Below are positions 12,695 through 24,600 of a stretch of 64,000 nt of DNA, one piece after another. The translations under genes were made by a program, and so were the position numbers. Source of the stretch: Raja brachyura (taxonomy: Eukaryota). Position 1 is the first letter of the stretch. Every line of letters begins with the position of its first letter. The DNA is taken from NCBI GenBank assembly GCA_963514005.1, contig OY740783.1, positions 71,858,001 through 71,922,000 on the forward strand. The letters run 5' to 3'. The notes under the pieces were generated by a model, which saw only the letters and a list, made by a program, of their open reading frames with translations, did no database searches and had not been told where the DNA came from.

Positions 12695-13128
12695 TGCGGG
12701 ACTAACATATCATGAAAGAATAGGTCGATTGGGCTTGGATTCACTGGAATTTAGAAGGGTGAGAGGGGATCTCATAGAAACATATACAATTCTTAAGGGA
12801 TTGGACAGGCTAGATGCAGGAAACATGTTTCTGATGCTGGTGAAGTCCAGAACCAGGGGTCACAGTTTAGGAATAAGGGGTAGGCCATTTAGGACTGAAC
12901 TGAGGAAAAACGTTTTCACCCGAGAGTTGTGAATCTGTGGAATTATCTCCAAACAGGCAGTGGAGGCCAATTCACTGGATGTTTTCAAGAGAGAGTTAGA
13001 TTTAGCTCTCTGTGCTAAAGCAGGAACAGGGTACAGATTCTGGATGATCAGCCATGATCATATTGAATGCGGTGCTGGCTCAAAGTGCCGAATAGCCTAC
13101 TCGTGCACCTATTTTCTATCTTTCTATG
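12695..13128 (+). mobile_element. CR1/HER1-type LINE 3' fragment
   Basis: LGLDSLEFRRVRGDLIETY...[18 protein letters not shown] (CR1 ORF2 C-terminus) plus 3' UTR gatcagccatgatcatattgaatg. Confidence 0.9.
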
Positions 13129-14411
13129 AGACCTAATGGCTGCTCGTTGCTCACGCTGCCTCAGGGGAATCCGGATTTACATGTTCAGCAATTTCACAGA
13201 GCCACATAAAGTCATTATGGCTACAGGAATTGTACAAATGGCAAGATTAAGATAATTGTGTATGTGATTCTTTATGCCAAAAATATAATGCTTGATACAA
13301 GGAAATGCAGTGCTGGTTTACAAAGGATGTACAAAAATAATTGACACTTAGCTATATTTCATCTGTAATTCGTCTGCTCATTCTGCTACCTTATCCATGT
13401 TGTCCTCTGCAATGACTCCCATGCCTCCTAGTTTGGTGGTGTCTGCTGAATTGAAAATATTACACTGCGCACCCATTTCCTAGTCATTGATGTACAAGAA
13501 CAAAAAATAAATAGTCCCAGCACTGAATCTATCATTTGATTTTCTGACTTTTGGCTAAATTGTTGGAAGCTTTTATATTGGACTTTGACCATAAAGGTTC
13601 ATATAGATGGCATTAATTTCATTCTCTTCATGAACCGTTCATGTTACCTTATGATATTTAAAATTCATTTGTTTAAATATTACCACTGGCAGGCCATTAA
13701 TTAATGGGGTCCTTAACAATCTTTTGGAGGTTTTCTTCTTCAATTTTTGTATCACTCCTCTTGGCATCTCTGAAATATTACTCAAGTGTTCCTCCCTTTA
13801 GACATTACCACAAAATTATGACAATTGGAAATCACAGATTCCAAGCTTGCACCCTGTTTTACATGGCATATGCAATGGAATATTAGCATAAATGTTAATT
13901 TGACAACTTGTTTCACTTTTTCTGCTTCAACGTTTGTAAGGCAGGCAGTTTCCAAGTGTATCTGCTTCTACCCTGCAGTGAAGGAGGCAAACACTTGTAC
14001 TCACTTTATCATATGGGTATTATAGGCATCTCCATTCAACTTTTTTCCACTCAACATATGTGTTAGATCTTTTCACACATTGTCCGATATCTTTAGGCAG
14101 TTGTTGCAATGTAATCTAAATTGTGTTTTCTTGGTGAGAACCTAGTAATGGGGCATAATTGGATATTTTTAAAGTGGGATAAATTAATGAATAATTAACT
14201 TGAATAATTGTAATAATGGGTTCAATTGCCCATCCTTCCAATTGGTAACGGCAAAAATATGCCATTTTTTGTGTCCATGAGGTATATTTGTGTGTAAGAT
14301 GTCTAACATACTAAGTCCTTCATTGAAGTTCACTTTTAAGAAATAAAGTGTGTGTAAAATTATATATCTGCTATCTGTATACAAAATTGGGTCATTAATC
14401 ATTGTCAATTC

Positions 14412-14548
14412 AAAGGAGTAGGCCATTTGGCCCTTTGAGCCGCACCACCACTCAATATGATCATGGCTGATCATCCAAAATCAATAGCCCGTTCCTGCTT
14501 TCTCCCCATATCCCTTGGTTCCGTTAGCCCTAAGAGCTAAATCTAACT
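14412..14548 (-). mobile_element. CR1/HER1 LINE 3' UTR fragment
   Basis: ggagtaggccatttggcccttt...gatcatggctgatcatcc...ccctaagagctaaatctaactc. Confidence 0.85.
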
Positions 14549-15486
14549 CAATATATCAAACCCAGTAATATATGAGGATGTGGAAATTCACAGCTGAAAG
14601 CACACTGGGAGATTGTTGCCGACAGACACAAAAAGAATAAGAGGGTTCCAATAAGAATGTTCAAATGTGTGAGGATATTTCTTACAATCAGTAAGAAAGA
14701 TTTGTACCCATTGCAGAGGTTGTTGACCATTCAATAAATATTTAAAATAACTGGCAAAAGAATCAGAAGAAGAGGAGATAGGTTGATTTATTTTTTAATA
14801 CTATCTGTTATCAGGAAGCGGTGTTAGCAATAGATTCAATAGAAAGTTTGAAAATCTAGTTAGATAAGTTACAGAAGGGGCAACATTTGATGGAAAGAAC
14901 AAAGGAAGGAACAAATTGGATAGCACCTTTTAAAAAAAAATAGCATACACTCTGGGCCATGTGGCCTTCATCATTGCTGATGATTCTAAAACAGCTGGCT
15001 GGTGCCATTAAAAAGCTCTCTGACAACACAGAACCATGCAGCATTGAAACCAGGCCTTGCTACCCACCTTGTCCATTCCGCCCAAAATGTCCTTTTTAGG
15101 CTTAGTCTATTTGCTGCATTTAACCCATCTCCCTCTCAACCTTGCTTGTCCAAATATCTTGTAAATGTTTATTGTGAGGGGAGTTTTGTCTACATTTCAT
15201 CTATAATAGGACGGGTGAAGAACTGGTGAAGCCTAATGTTCCATATGGGGCCTGGGTGACTGTAGGCAATACACTGAAAGCACCGAGTCCAAGTTAAGTT
15301 GTGACATGCCGCTGAATATTGCTATTGATAATGATTATTTGCTGCGATTAAATTTTAGATTTTCAAAGGAATTAAATGATCAGCTAAACATTTACAACAA
15401 TTGCAAATTTATCTCTAATAGGCCAGCTCATATGGATATATTTTTAATCATACTCTATATATTGTTCCCCCCCCCCCCCCCCCCAG

Positions 15487-15612
15487 ATATTGATGAATGT
15501 CAAATTATCCTTGGTGCCTGTGATGGAGGTGAATGCACGAACACTATTGGGAGCTTTTACTGTACCTGCCCCCGTGGCTACGTAACATCTCCAGATGGCG
15601 CTCGATGCATTG
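15487..15612 (+). CDS. fbn2b: Fibrillin exon, cbEGF2: [42 protein letters not shown]
   Basis: ccccag|ATATTGATGAATGT ... TGCATTG|gtgagt; 126 nt; D-I-D-E-C calcium-binding EGF consensus. Confidence 0.95.
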
Positions 15613-18600
15613 GTGAGTATAAAGTACAGACTTGCAAGATATCGATTTTAATAGTGAAAGCAAAGATCTGCCAAATACAACAAAAATCCTTCATTCTATT
15701 ATTCTACTTGCTTTGGGCAGCCTTCTGATGGTGTATTATGTGAAGGAAATAGTTCTGTATAAATTACTCCATGGAATGTCACTTTGAGAATTATCTTCTG
15801 TCACCAGTTGATTTCATCTGCTGCTGTTTAAGTAAAATTGTAGGATTGGTAAAGAGAGCTGCTGAAACTGAAGAAGGTATTCAAATCATTTTTAAAAAAT
15901 CAACTATGTGGCATCAAATCATAACTTTTATTAGTAATGTAAATAATTCATTTTGGTCATCAACTCTTTATGGTAAATGCCTATTGATTAGTTTCCATTA
16001 ATAGTCATGCAATACAGTGATTTAAAAAGTGGAAGTGCTGGATTTTAGATTCCAAACTTTTGATCAGTTTTTCCTTTTCCAAGCCAATTTTACATAGGTG
16101 CAGGAGTAGGCCATTCGGCCCTTCGAGACGGCACCACCATTCATTGTGATCATGGCTGATCATTCACAATCAGTACCCCATTGTTGCCTTCTCCCCATAC
16201 CCCTTGATTCCGCTAGCCCTAAGAGCTCTATCTCTTGAATGCATCCAGTGGATCGGCCTCCACTGCCTTCTGTGGCAGAGAATTCCACAAATTCAAAACT
16301 TTCTGTGTGAATAAGTTTTTCATCATCTCAGTTCTAAATGGCCTACCCCTTATTCTTAAACTGTGGCCCCTGGTTCTGGACACCCCCAACATCGGGAACA
16401 TTTTTCTTGCATCTAGCGTGTCCAATCCCCTAATAATCTTATATGTTCCTATAAGATCTCCTCTCATCCTTCTAAATTCCAGTGAACACAAGCCCAATCG
16501 CTTAATTCTTTCATTATATGACAGTCTCGCCATCCCGGGAATTAACCTCGTGAACCTACCATGCTCTCCCTCAATAGCAAGAATATCCTTTCTCAAATTA
16601 GGAGACCAAAACTGCACACAATACTCCAGGTGTGGTCTCACCAGGGCCCTGTACAACTGCAGAAGGACTTCTTTGCTCCTATACTCAACTCCTTGTGTCA
16701 TGAAGGCAAACATGCTATTAGCTTTCTTCACTGCCTGTTGTACCTTGTAAAGTTTGAGACCACGTAAGGCCCTGTTGTGACTAGCACAAAGACAACACGT
16801 CCGCCATCGAGTAAGATAAGTTTTAATCTGCTATCACTGAAACTTCCAGAAGGTCACTTGACCTCAGTCACGAGGCACAGGTACATTTGCCAGCTTCTGC
16901 TTTTGGCCTCAAGGGCACTGGCATTTACATTATATATTACATGACATATATTACATATAGTACATTACAAAGACATCACATCTCCCCCTTCACTTTAAAG
17001 ACATCACATCCCCCCTTCACAATGAAATTGCATCTCATCTCCCCCTAATATCCATTTTAACTTCAAACTCTAGAAAGGGCCTGTCTTGCTGCCTTTTGCT
17101 GCGACTGGGAGACTGGCTCCTGCCTCTCGCTTCATCTTGGCGCATCGTATCTTCTGGGGACTTTTTCTGGCTTCTGGGAGACTGGCTCCTCTGTCCAAGT
17201 TTCTCACCCCTGGGAGACTGGCTCCTCTGTCTAGGTTTCTCACACTCTTAAAGACCCTTCTGGGAGACTACTTCTGGCTTCTGGGAGACTGGCTCCTCTG
17301 TCTAGGTTTCTCCCAGCTGGGCGTCTGGCTACAGGTGGTCCATCCGCGGCTATACAGGGGTCTTTTCTGGGCTACAGGTCTCTATCCTGGACTTACTCTC
17401 CCTTCAAACAAAAAAAAACTTACACAGTCAATACAAACCACTTTCATTTTGTCAATTTCTTTTGTACATAAAAAAAGATTTATTGAAACTGTTGAATTAC
17501 AAAAAACAGACACCAAACTAAGTTTGGCCTCGCTAAGCTTGTCGTGTTGCTAAGGTCGTGCTGCGCGCTATCGAACACGGCGGCGGCCATCACTCCGTCT
17601 AGGACGGCTACCTTCTCTTCGTCTCCCGGTGCACCCTCGACCTCTCGGATTCTCCAGAGCTTTTCCCAAGGACACTGTTGCTGCTGGCCACTCCGGATCT
17701 CCGCTGCTGCCGCTGGCTCATCCATTGCTGTTGCCGCCGCTGTTTCACCACTGACTTGCCTGCGCGGCCTCACTCTGCTGGCTCCCGCTGCTGGTCCCGT
17801 TGCTCGGCTCGTCGGAACTGTGCCCTGCCGTCGGGGGCTGGGTAAGCGCTGTGTCCCGCTTGTCTCTTGGCCGGCTTTTTCTCGCGTCGGGACTGTGCCC
17901 CGCCATCGGGGCTGGCTAAGCGCTGTGTCCCGCTTCTCTTGCGTGGACCCGCTTCTCACTCGGTCGGTCCGCTTCCCTTGCGCGACCAGCTTTCTCACTC
18001 GGCCGAAGTGCTGTGTGCTTGAGTGCTGTGTCCTGCTTCTCTCGCGTGGACCCACTCTTCACTCGGGGCCGGACTTCTTCGCACGTCTGGGCTTTCCCCA
18101 CTCTCGGCCATCTCTTGCGACTGTACGCTGTGTCCCGCTTCTCTCTTGGCTGGCATTTCCACTTGGCCGGTCTGCTTCTCTTGCGTGGACGGACCCTCTT
18201 TTCTGCTCACGGTCGGGCTGACTCTGCTGCCGACCGGGCTTTCTCTGCTCGCGGTTGTCTCCTGTAACCGGGCTTTCTCTCACGACCAGTCTGACTCTGC
18301 TCCCAGCCGGGCCGACTCAGTTCTCGTCAGTGGTTTCTCCGGACCCGTCCGTGGCCTACACGGTACCAGGCCCTCACCCGACATCTGACACCATGTAAAG
18401 TTTGAGACCACGCAAGGCCCTGTTGTGACTAGCACAAAGACAACACGTCCGCCATCGAGTAAGATAAGTTTTAATCTGCTATCACTGAAACTTCCAGAAG
18501 GTCACTTGACCTGAGTCACGAGGCACAGGTACATTTGCCAGCTTCTGCTTTTGGCCTCAAGGGGCACTGGCATTTACATTATATATTACATGACATATAC

Positions 18601-21600
18601 TACATATAGTACATTACAAAGACATCACATACCTGAATGCTTACTTTCAGTGGCTGAAATACAAGGACACCCAGGTCTTGTTGTATTTCCCCTTTTCCTA
18701 ACCTGACACCATTCAGACAATAATCTGCCTCTCCAAAAAGCATGAATTATTGATAGATGTTATTCTCTGTTGTCCAGTGACGCCTCTGGTATCCCGAATG
18801 AAGAAATCTTTCATCACAATTTGAAGTGGGTGATCTTTTCAAATTTACCCCTGGTTCAAGACGCACCAGCCTAAGGAAATACTGATTCAACATCTATCTG
18901 GTCAAATCTAAACACTGTCTTGTATGCTTCAATAGGATTATCTATTCCAATATTCAATATTGCTCCATTTCCCCTATTACAACAATCCTGTCATCTCCAT
19001 CATCAGTCCAGCAAATCTATGTAGCGATGGACCTTAGAGAAGGTACAAAGACCAAACCTGCAAGCAGGGCTTCAAGCTAGCTCTCACACCCTTACTCTCT
19101 AAGTAACCAGAGCAAGACATCTTCAATATTTTTCTCCAGTCCTGTTGTAATACCAACCAACTTACCCGTATGCTAGTTTCCTTACTGCTGGCTGTATATC
19201 CACATTAGGTTGATGTATTTTGTCTGCTAGCCCACCAAGGTGTCACTGGGCATAAATATTTACTGATTACAATTTATTTAAAATGTTGTGATTTTTCTGG
19301 ACATGCTACCAAAATGAATAACTGCATGCTTCACATTGTATTCTATCTGGCATCTTCTTGCGCATTCACTTAAATTGTCTGCATTTGCAGATTCTATGCT
19401 AACTCCTCAAATGGTACCCTTTGTGGATACATGGTTAACATGGATATATTTCTTCTTTCATTTGTGCCCACTTGATAACCCCAATGACGTGTCTGCCTAG
19501 CCTTTCTCAACATCGGAGGAGCATAGATGAGTGCAGAAGGCTTCCATCACCATCGGAAGTAAATTGATATTTGGCACTTTGGAGTTTTAACATCTTGTCC
19601 TGTGTATTTGTAAACAACCTTCTGTCATTGAATCTAGATCATGGTTATAGATTTGCAATAGTTGAAGGAGCAGTATGAGGCCTTACGACACTCACTGTTA
19701 ACAACAGGTCATAGAGTGCAAAAACAGGCTCTTTGGCCCAACTTGCCCACGCTGACCAACATGCCTCATCTGCTCTAGTCCTTCCCACCTGCGTTTGGCC
19801 CATATCCCTCCGAAACTATCCCATCCATGTACCTGTCCAAATGTTTCTTAAACATTCCGTTTGTAGCTGCCGTAACCAACTCCTCTGGCAGTTTGCTCCA
19901 TAAACATTTCACTCTTTGTGTAAAAAGAAAAGTTGCTCCTCGGGGTCCTATTAAATCTTTCCCACCTCACCTTAAACATATGTCCTCTGGTTCTTGATTC
20001 CCCTAATCTGGGTTAAATGCTCTGTACATTTATCTTATCTAATCCTCACATTATCGTATACCTCTATAAGATCACCCCTTTTCCTCCTGCCCCCCAAGGA
20101 ATAAAGTCCTAGCCTATTTCTTTTGTAAATTAAAACCAAATGCTTTAACACTCTTTACATAAACTAGATTACCTATCATGTTGCCTATCACAATGTGGAA
20201 ACAACATGGACTATTGTAATCAGCTGCTGAGAGGCAAGTAGAGGTGAAGGAGTGGGGTAGGGAGGGAGCGGGGGAGGGGAGAAGGAGAGGGGAAAGAAGA
20301 GGGAGGGTGAAGAGGAGGGGGAGTGAGTGCTGGGCAGCTTTTCAACTAGATGAGTTGAAAAGCTGCTACCCATTTATCTCGGATTGATGAAGATATCAGA
20401 ATAGACTTAAATGCTCACTTGCATTTCTCCCTGTAGCTCAGGGCCTTGAATCCTGACAACATCCTCATTAATCTCTCTGCACCCTTTCTAGCTTAACAAC
20501 ATCTTTGCAATAACAGGGGACCAATACTCAAACGTGGCCTCACCAATGTCTTGTGCAATTGTAACATGACCTCCCAACTTCTATACTCAATACTCTGACT
20601 GATGGTGGCCAATGTGCCAAAAGCCTATCTAATGTTGACACACTTTTAAGGATCTACTCCCCCAACGCAATATTCCACCACTCACCCATGGCCACCAACT
20701 GCGCAGAAGCGGATGACGGGTTCCCGTTGTGACGCTAGAGAACCCCATTGTGACGCGACCCATCCCCAACTGCGCCTCGCCATCCATCTTCCAACCCCTA
20801 TCCTCCTTCATTCCCCCTCATCCCCCAGCACTCACTCCCCGTCCTCTTCACCCTCCCTCTTCTTTCCCTTCTCCTTCTCCCCTCCCCCGCTCCCTCCCTA
20901 CCCCACTCCCTCACCTCTACTTGCCTCTCCTTTCCCCAACCCTGTCCCCCCTCCCTCCATTACACCTCTCCCCTCCCAACCCACCTCGTCTCCCTGTATC
21001 TCCCTGATCCCCCACACACCTCCCACCTATCCCACTCCCCCACTCTCCCTCCTCACCTCCCCATTGCCCTCCACTCCCTGCCTCCCCCACTCCCAACCCC
21101 CCCCCTCTATCCCCCCCTCCTCCCCAACTGCCCTCCTCCCCCACTCTCCCTCCTCACCTACCCCACTTTCCCCTCCCGATCCCCCTCCTTTCCCTCTATC
21201 CCCCTGCTCCCCCACTCCTCACCTCCACCCCCCACAATGTAAATCGCGATTGTTGTTTAAAATGAAACCTCCCCTGATCTCACCCACCTCCCCCACAATG
21301 AAAATCACAATTTAAAAACAATGAAACCATCACTACCATTACTAGAAGCTCTGTGCTTGGAGTGTTAATTTGCAAAATCTACTTCATCTACTTTACTCAG
21401 AAGAATATTTTGTTGTACACCAGTGATACATTTTATTTTCCCAAATGAGGCAATTTCATAACTTCGATGAAGAATCACTGCCAAATCACTGACAGTGTGT
21501 CATGAATTATGAGATGTTTTGTGCTATGGACCAATGCCTGCTCAGAATAGTCGTACTCTTTAGTTTTCAGCTAACGGAAATAAACATTTTAATTATTCTT

Positions 21601-24600
21601 TTTTATATTCTTTTTCTGTCCTCTGACCTCTATCCTCTGCAATTCAACTCTACTTTGATCTTGTTTTATCCCTAGAATGTCCTCTACTAATTCCTCTACT
21701 AATTTTGTATATATCTACTTTTTTTTGTTGATAAGTATCCAGCATATCATTATCTGGATTTTCTTTTCACAGATACTAACCGACCTCCTTACTATTTCCA
21801 TCATTCATTGTGTATATATTTTTTTATTTAACTTTTTTCTCATTTTGTCATTTATTCAAATAAATTGGACTGATTTTGTCTCCCATGATGTTTCAATAAT
21901 GCACGTTGTGCCATTCATTGCAGCCTGTTGAGGGATTTCAGTACCTTGAATGTGCAGTTGGACTACAGCCTTAAACCATACACGTATCTGATTATGCCTC
22001 ATTCAATTCATTTAAATGGAAATCAAAATTAAATTATGTAAACCAAGGGTAGAGAGGGATGGGATAGAGATGGAGAGGGGAGAGAGGGAGGGTAGAGGGA
22101 GATAGGGAGGGGGGAGATGGAGGGGGTTGAGTGAGGGGGAGGGAGGATAGAGAGCGAGAGGGCGAGGGAGGGGATAGAGAGGGTGGGAGTGAGGGTAGAT
22201 AGGGAGGGGGCATCTCCCTCCTCCACCTCTCCCCACCTTTCTCCTCCACATCCCCCCCATCTCCCTCTACCAACCCACTCCCCACCCCATCTCCCTCCTC
22301 ATTTCCCTCATCCTCCTCCCCTCACTCCCATTATCTGCCCCGGGACCTACCCAGGTCGTAGAGCAGCGCCAGGGCCTGGAACTCGGCCTGCTTCTCGTAC
22401 TTGGCCGCCGCCTGAGCTCCACTGCAGGCCCCGACGTCATCTCCGGACTCGTCCCTGACCCCGGATCCAGGCTCGTCCTTGGTTCCAGCGGCGGCTTCTT
22501 TCTCGGCCCTGGTCACTGCCCCATCCCAAGCCCCAGGCTCTGCTCTCACTCCAGCTCGAGCACCAGGCCCAGCTCCAGCCAGAGCCCGCGGCACCACCCT
22601 CGCCACCAGGTATCGGGCGTCGTGAGAGGCAACATGCACGTAAAGGTAATTTAGTTTATGTAGAGTGTTAAAATATTTGGAAATCGACACAGCAGGACAG
22701 GCAGCATCTCTGGAGAGAAGGAATGGGTGACGTTTCAAGGCCCTTCTTTGAACTCTGAAGTCAGTTTGAAGAAGGGTCTCAACTCGAAACGCCACCCATT
22801 TCATTTCTCCAGAGATGCTGCCTATCCTGCTGAGTTAATCCAGCATTTTAAGGCTATCTTCGGTTTAAACCAGTACCTACAGTTCCTTCCTGCATGGTAC
22901 AATATTTTGTTTTAATTTACAAAAGAGGCAGTTAACTTGCAAACCTGAGTATTGTTATTTCCTGTGTTATTTGAGTACTGTAATTGAGTGCAGGGGTCGC
23001 AGTTTAAGAATAGGCCATTTAGGATTGAGATGAGGAAAAACCTTTTCACCCAGAGAGTTGTGAATCTGTGGAATTCTCTGCCACAGAAGGCAGTGGAGGC
23101 TAATTCACTGGATGTTTTCAAGAGAGAGTTCGATTTAGCGCTTAGAACTAAGGAATTAAGGGATATGGGGGAAAAAGCCAGAACTAGTTCTGATTTTGGA
23201 TGCTCAGCCATGATCATATTTAATGGCTCAGAGGGCCGAATGGCCTATTCCTGCACCTATTATCCATGTTTCTGTGTTTCTAATCTGGAATCCATCATTT
23301 GGAGACTGTACCTCTTGGGACAGTCAGCTCAACAGAAGTACAACTATTTTCACAATTTGCATTACGTTATTATGGCCCACAACCCCAGGCTATAGGTCAG
23401 TTAGTCTGACCTGATCTGGAAGTGCCTGGTGATTAGTATGCTATGCATGTGTTGATTTCAAAAATTTGATCTGTTTGTTTTGGTTCTTGGAGGTTTTCCA
23501 ATACTAGTAGTTATGGAGTGTTAAGTATACTGTTATGTGAAAATGATTAAATCAGTCAGTGACATGGCAATTTATTCCATTTCTAATTGAAGGCAGAGTG
23601 CTCTTGATATCAATAGCAATGTAGTGGTCTTTTAACCACCATTTAAAATAGTTTAGCGCCTCCCAAATCTATTAAATAGCAATTCCATTGTGGGACTGCC
23701 TGTATTACCAACAATAAAATTCAAGATCGAAGCTTGTTACGAACTCCACAAGGATAAGTAATGATTAGTCTTATCATACATATAAATAAAAAAGTAAAAT
23801 GAATATCAAGTGCAAGCACCACTCAATCTTGAAACTTTTTTTAAAATTAAATATTACAGACAGAGCATAATTCTATATTTTCATTATACTTACTTTTTCA
23901 CACACCTATGTAATTTCCACTTAAATTCAAGAGGACAACATCCAACAGTGTTGTTAATGAAGAAAAAACTAAAAATCTGATTTTCCATTCCAACCTTTCA
24001 GGGATGATGTTCTTTCCAGCGAACAAGGTGGACTAGGGGAAATAAATGGTCGGCACAGACTGGAAGGGCCGAGAAGGCCTGTTTCCGTGCTCTAATTGTT
24101 ATATAGTTATATGGTTTATAAGGTTTCAAGTTGAGATTCCCCCTAGTTATCCTGTGAGCAGTTCACCCATAGGGGAGCCCAGATTAATCTAGTCTCCAAC
24201 AAGTTGCTTTGCTGGGAGAAATATCGTAGTTAGCCGTAGAATTTTAGGTTGTACTAGACCAAGTGCAGACCCGTTGGCTCTGCTCCCCAACGCAAGATTC
24301 CTCCACTCTCCTGTTCCCCCAATGCAAGCTGTTCCCCCAATGCAATATTGCACCACTCACGCATAACCCCCAACTGCACGGATGCGACTCATTTCTCCTG
24401 ATCCCCCAGCACTCCCTCCTCCTCCTCTTCACCCTCCTTCTTCAATCCCTAGAGAGGGAGGGGGGGTAGAGAGGATAGGCTCGTCCCTGACCCAGGTTTG
24501 TCCTTGGTTCCAGCGGCGGCTTCTTTTTTGGCCCCGGCTCTCACTTCAGCTCCAGCACCACCCTCCCCGACGGGCGCCTGCAGCGGCCGGCACACAAGTA

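Noticed and set aside
1-15486. Preceding fibrillin exon (cbEGF1) or an independent gene upstream
   Set aside because: I found no D-x-D-E-C exon with splice sites; it is probably upstream of the window or in the gap, and I cannot fully exclude missing it by eye.
17086-18388. Several overlapping 120-225 aa ORFs as a novel gene
   Set aside because: They occur on both strands of a GC-rich, internally repetitive LTR-element interior where stop codons are rare; no recognisable domain.
20713-21315. 200-aa Pro/Ser-rich ORF (also 22012-22458 and 41045-41684)
   Set aside because: Translation artefacts of C-rich or GA-rich low-complexity DNA within TEs.
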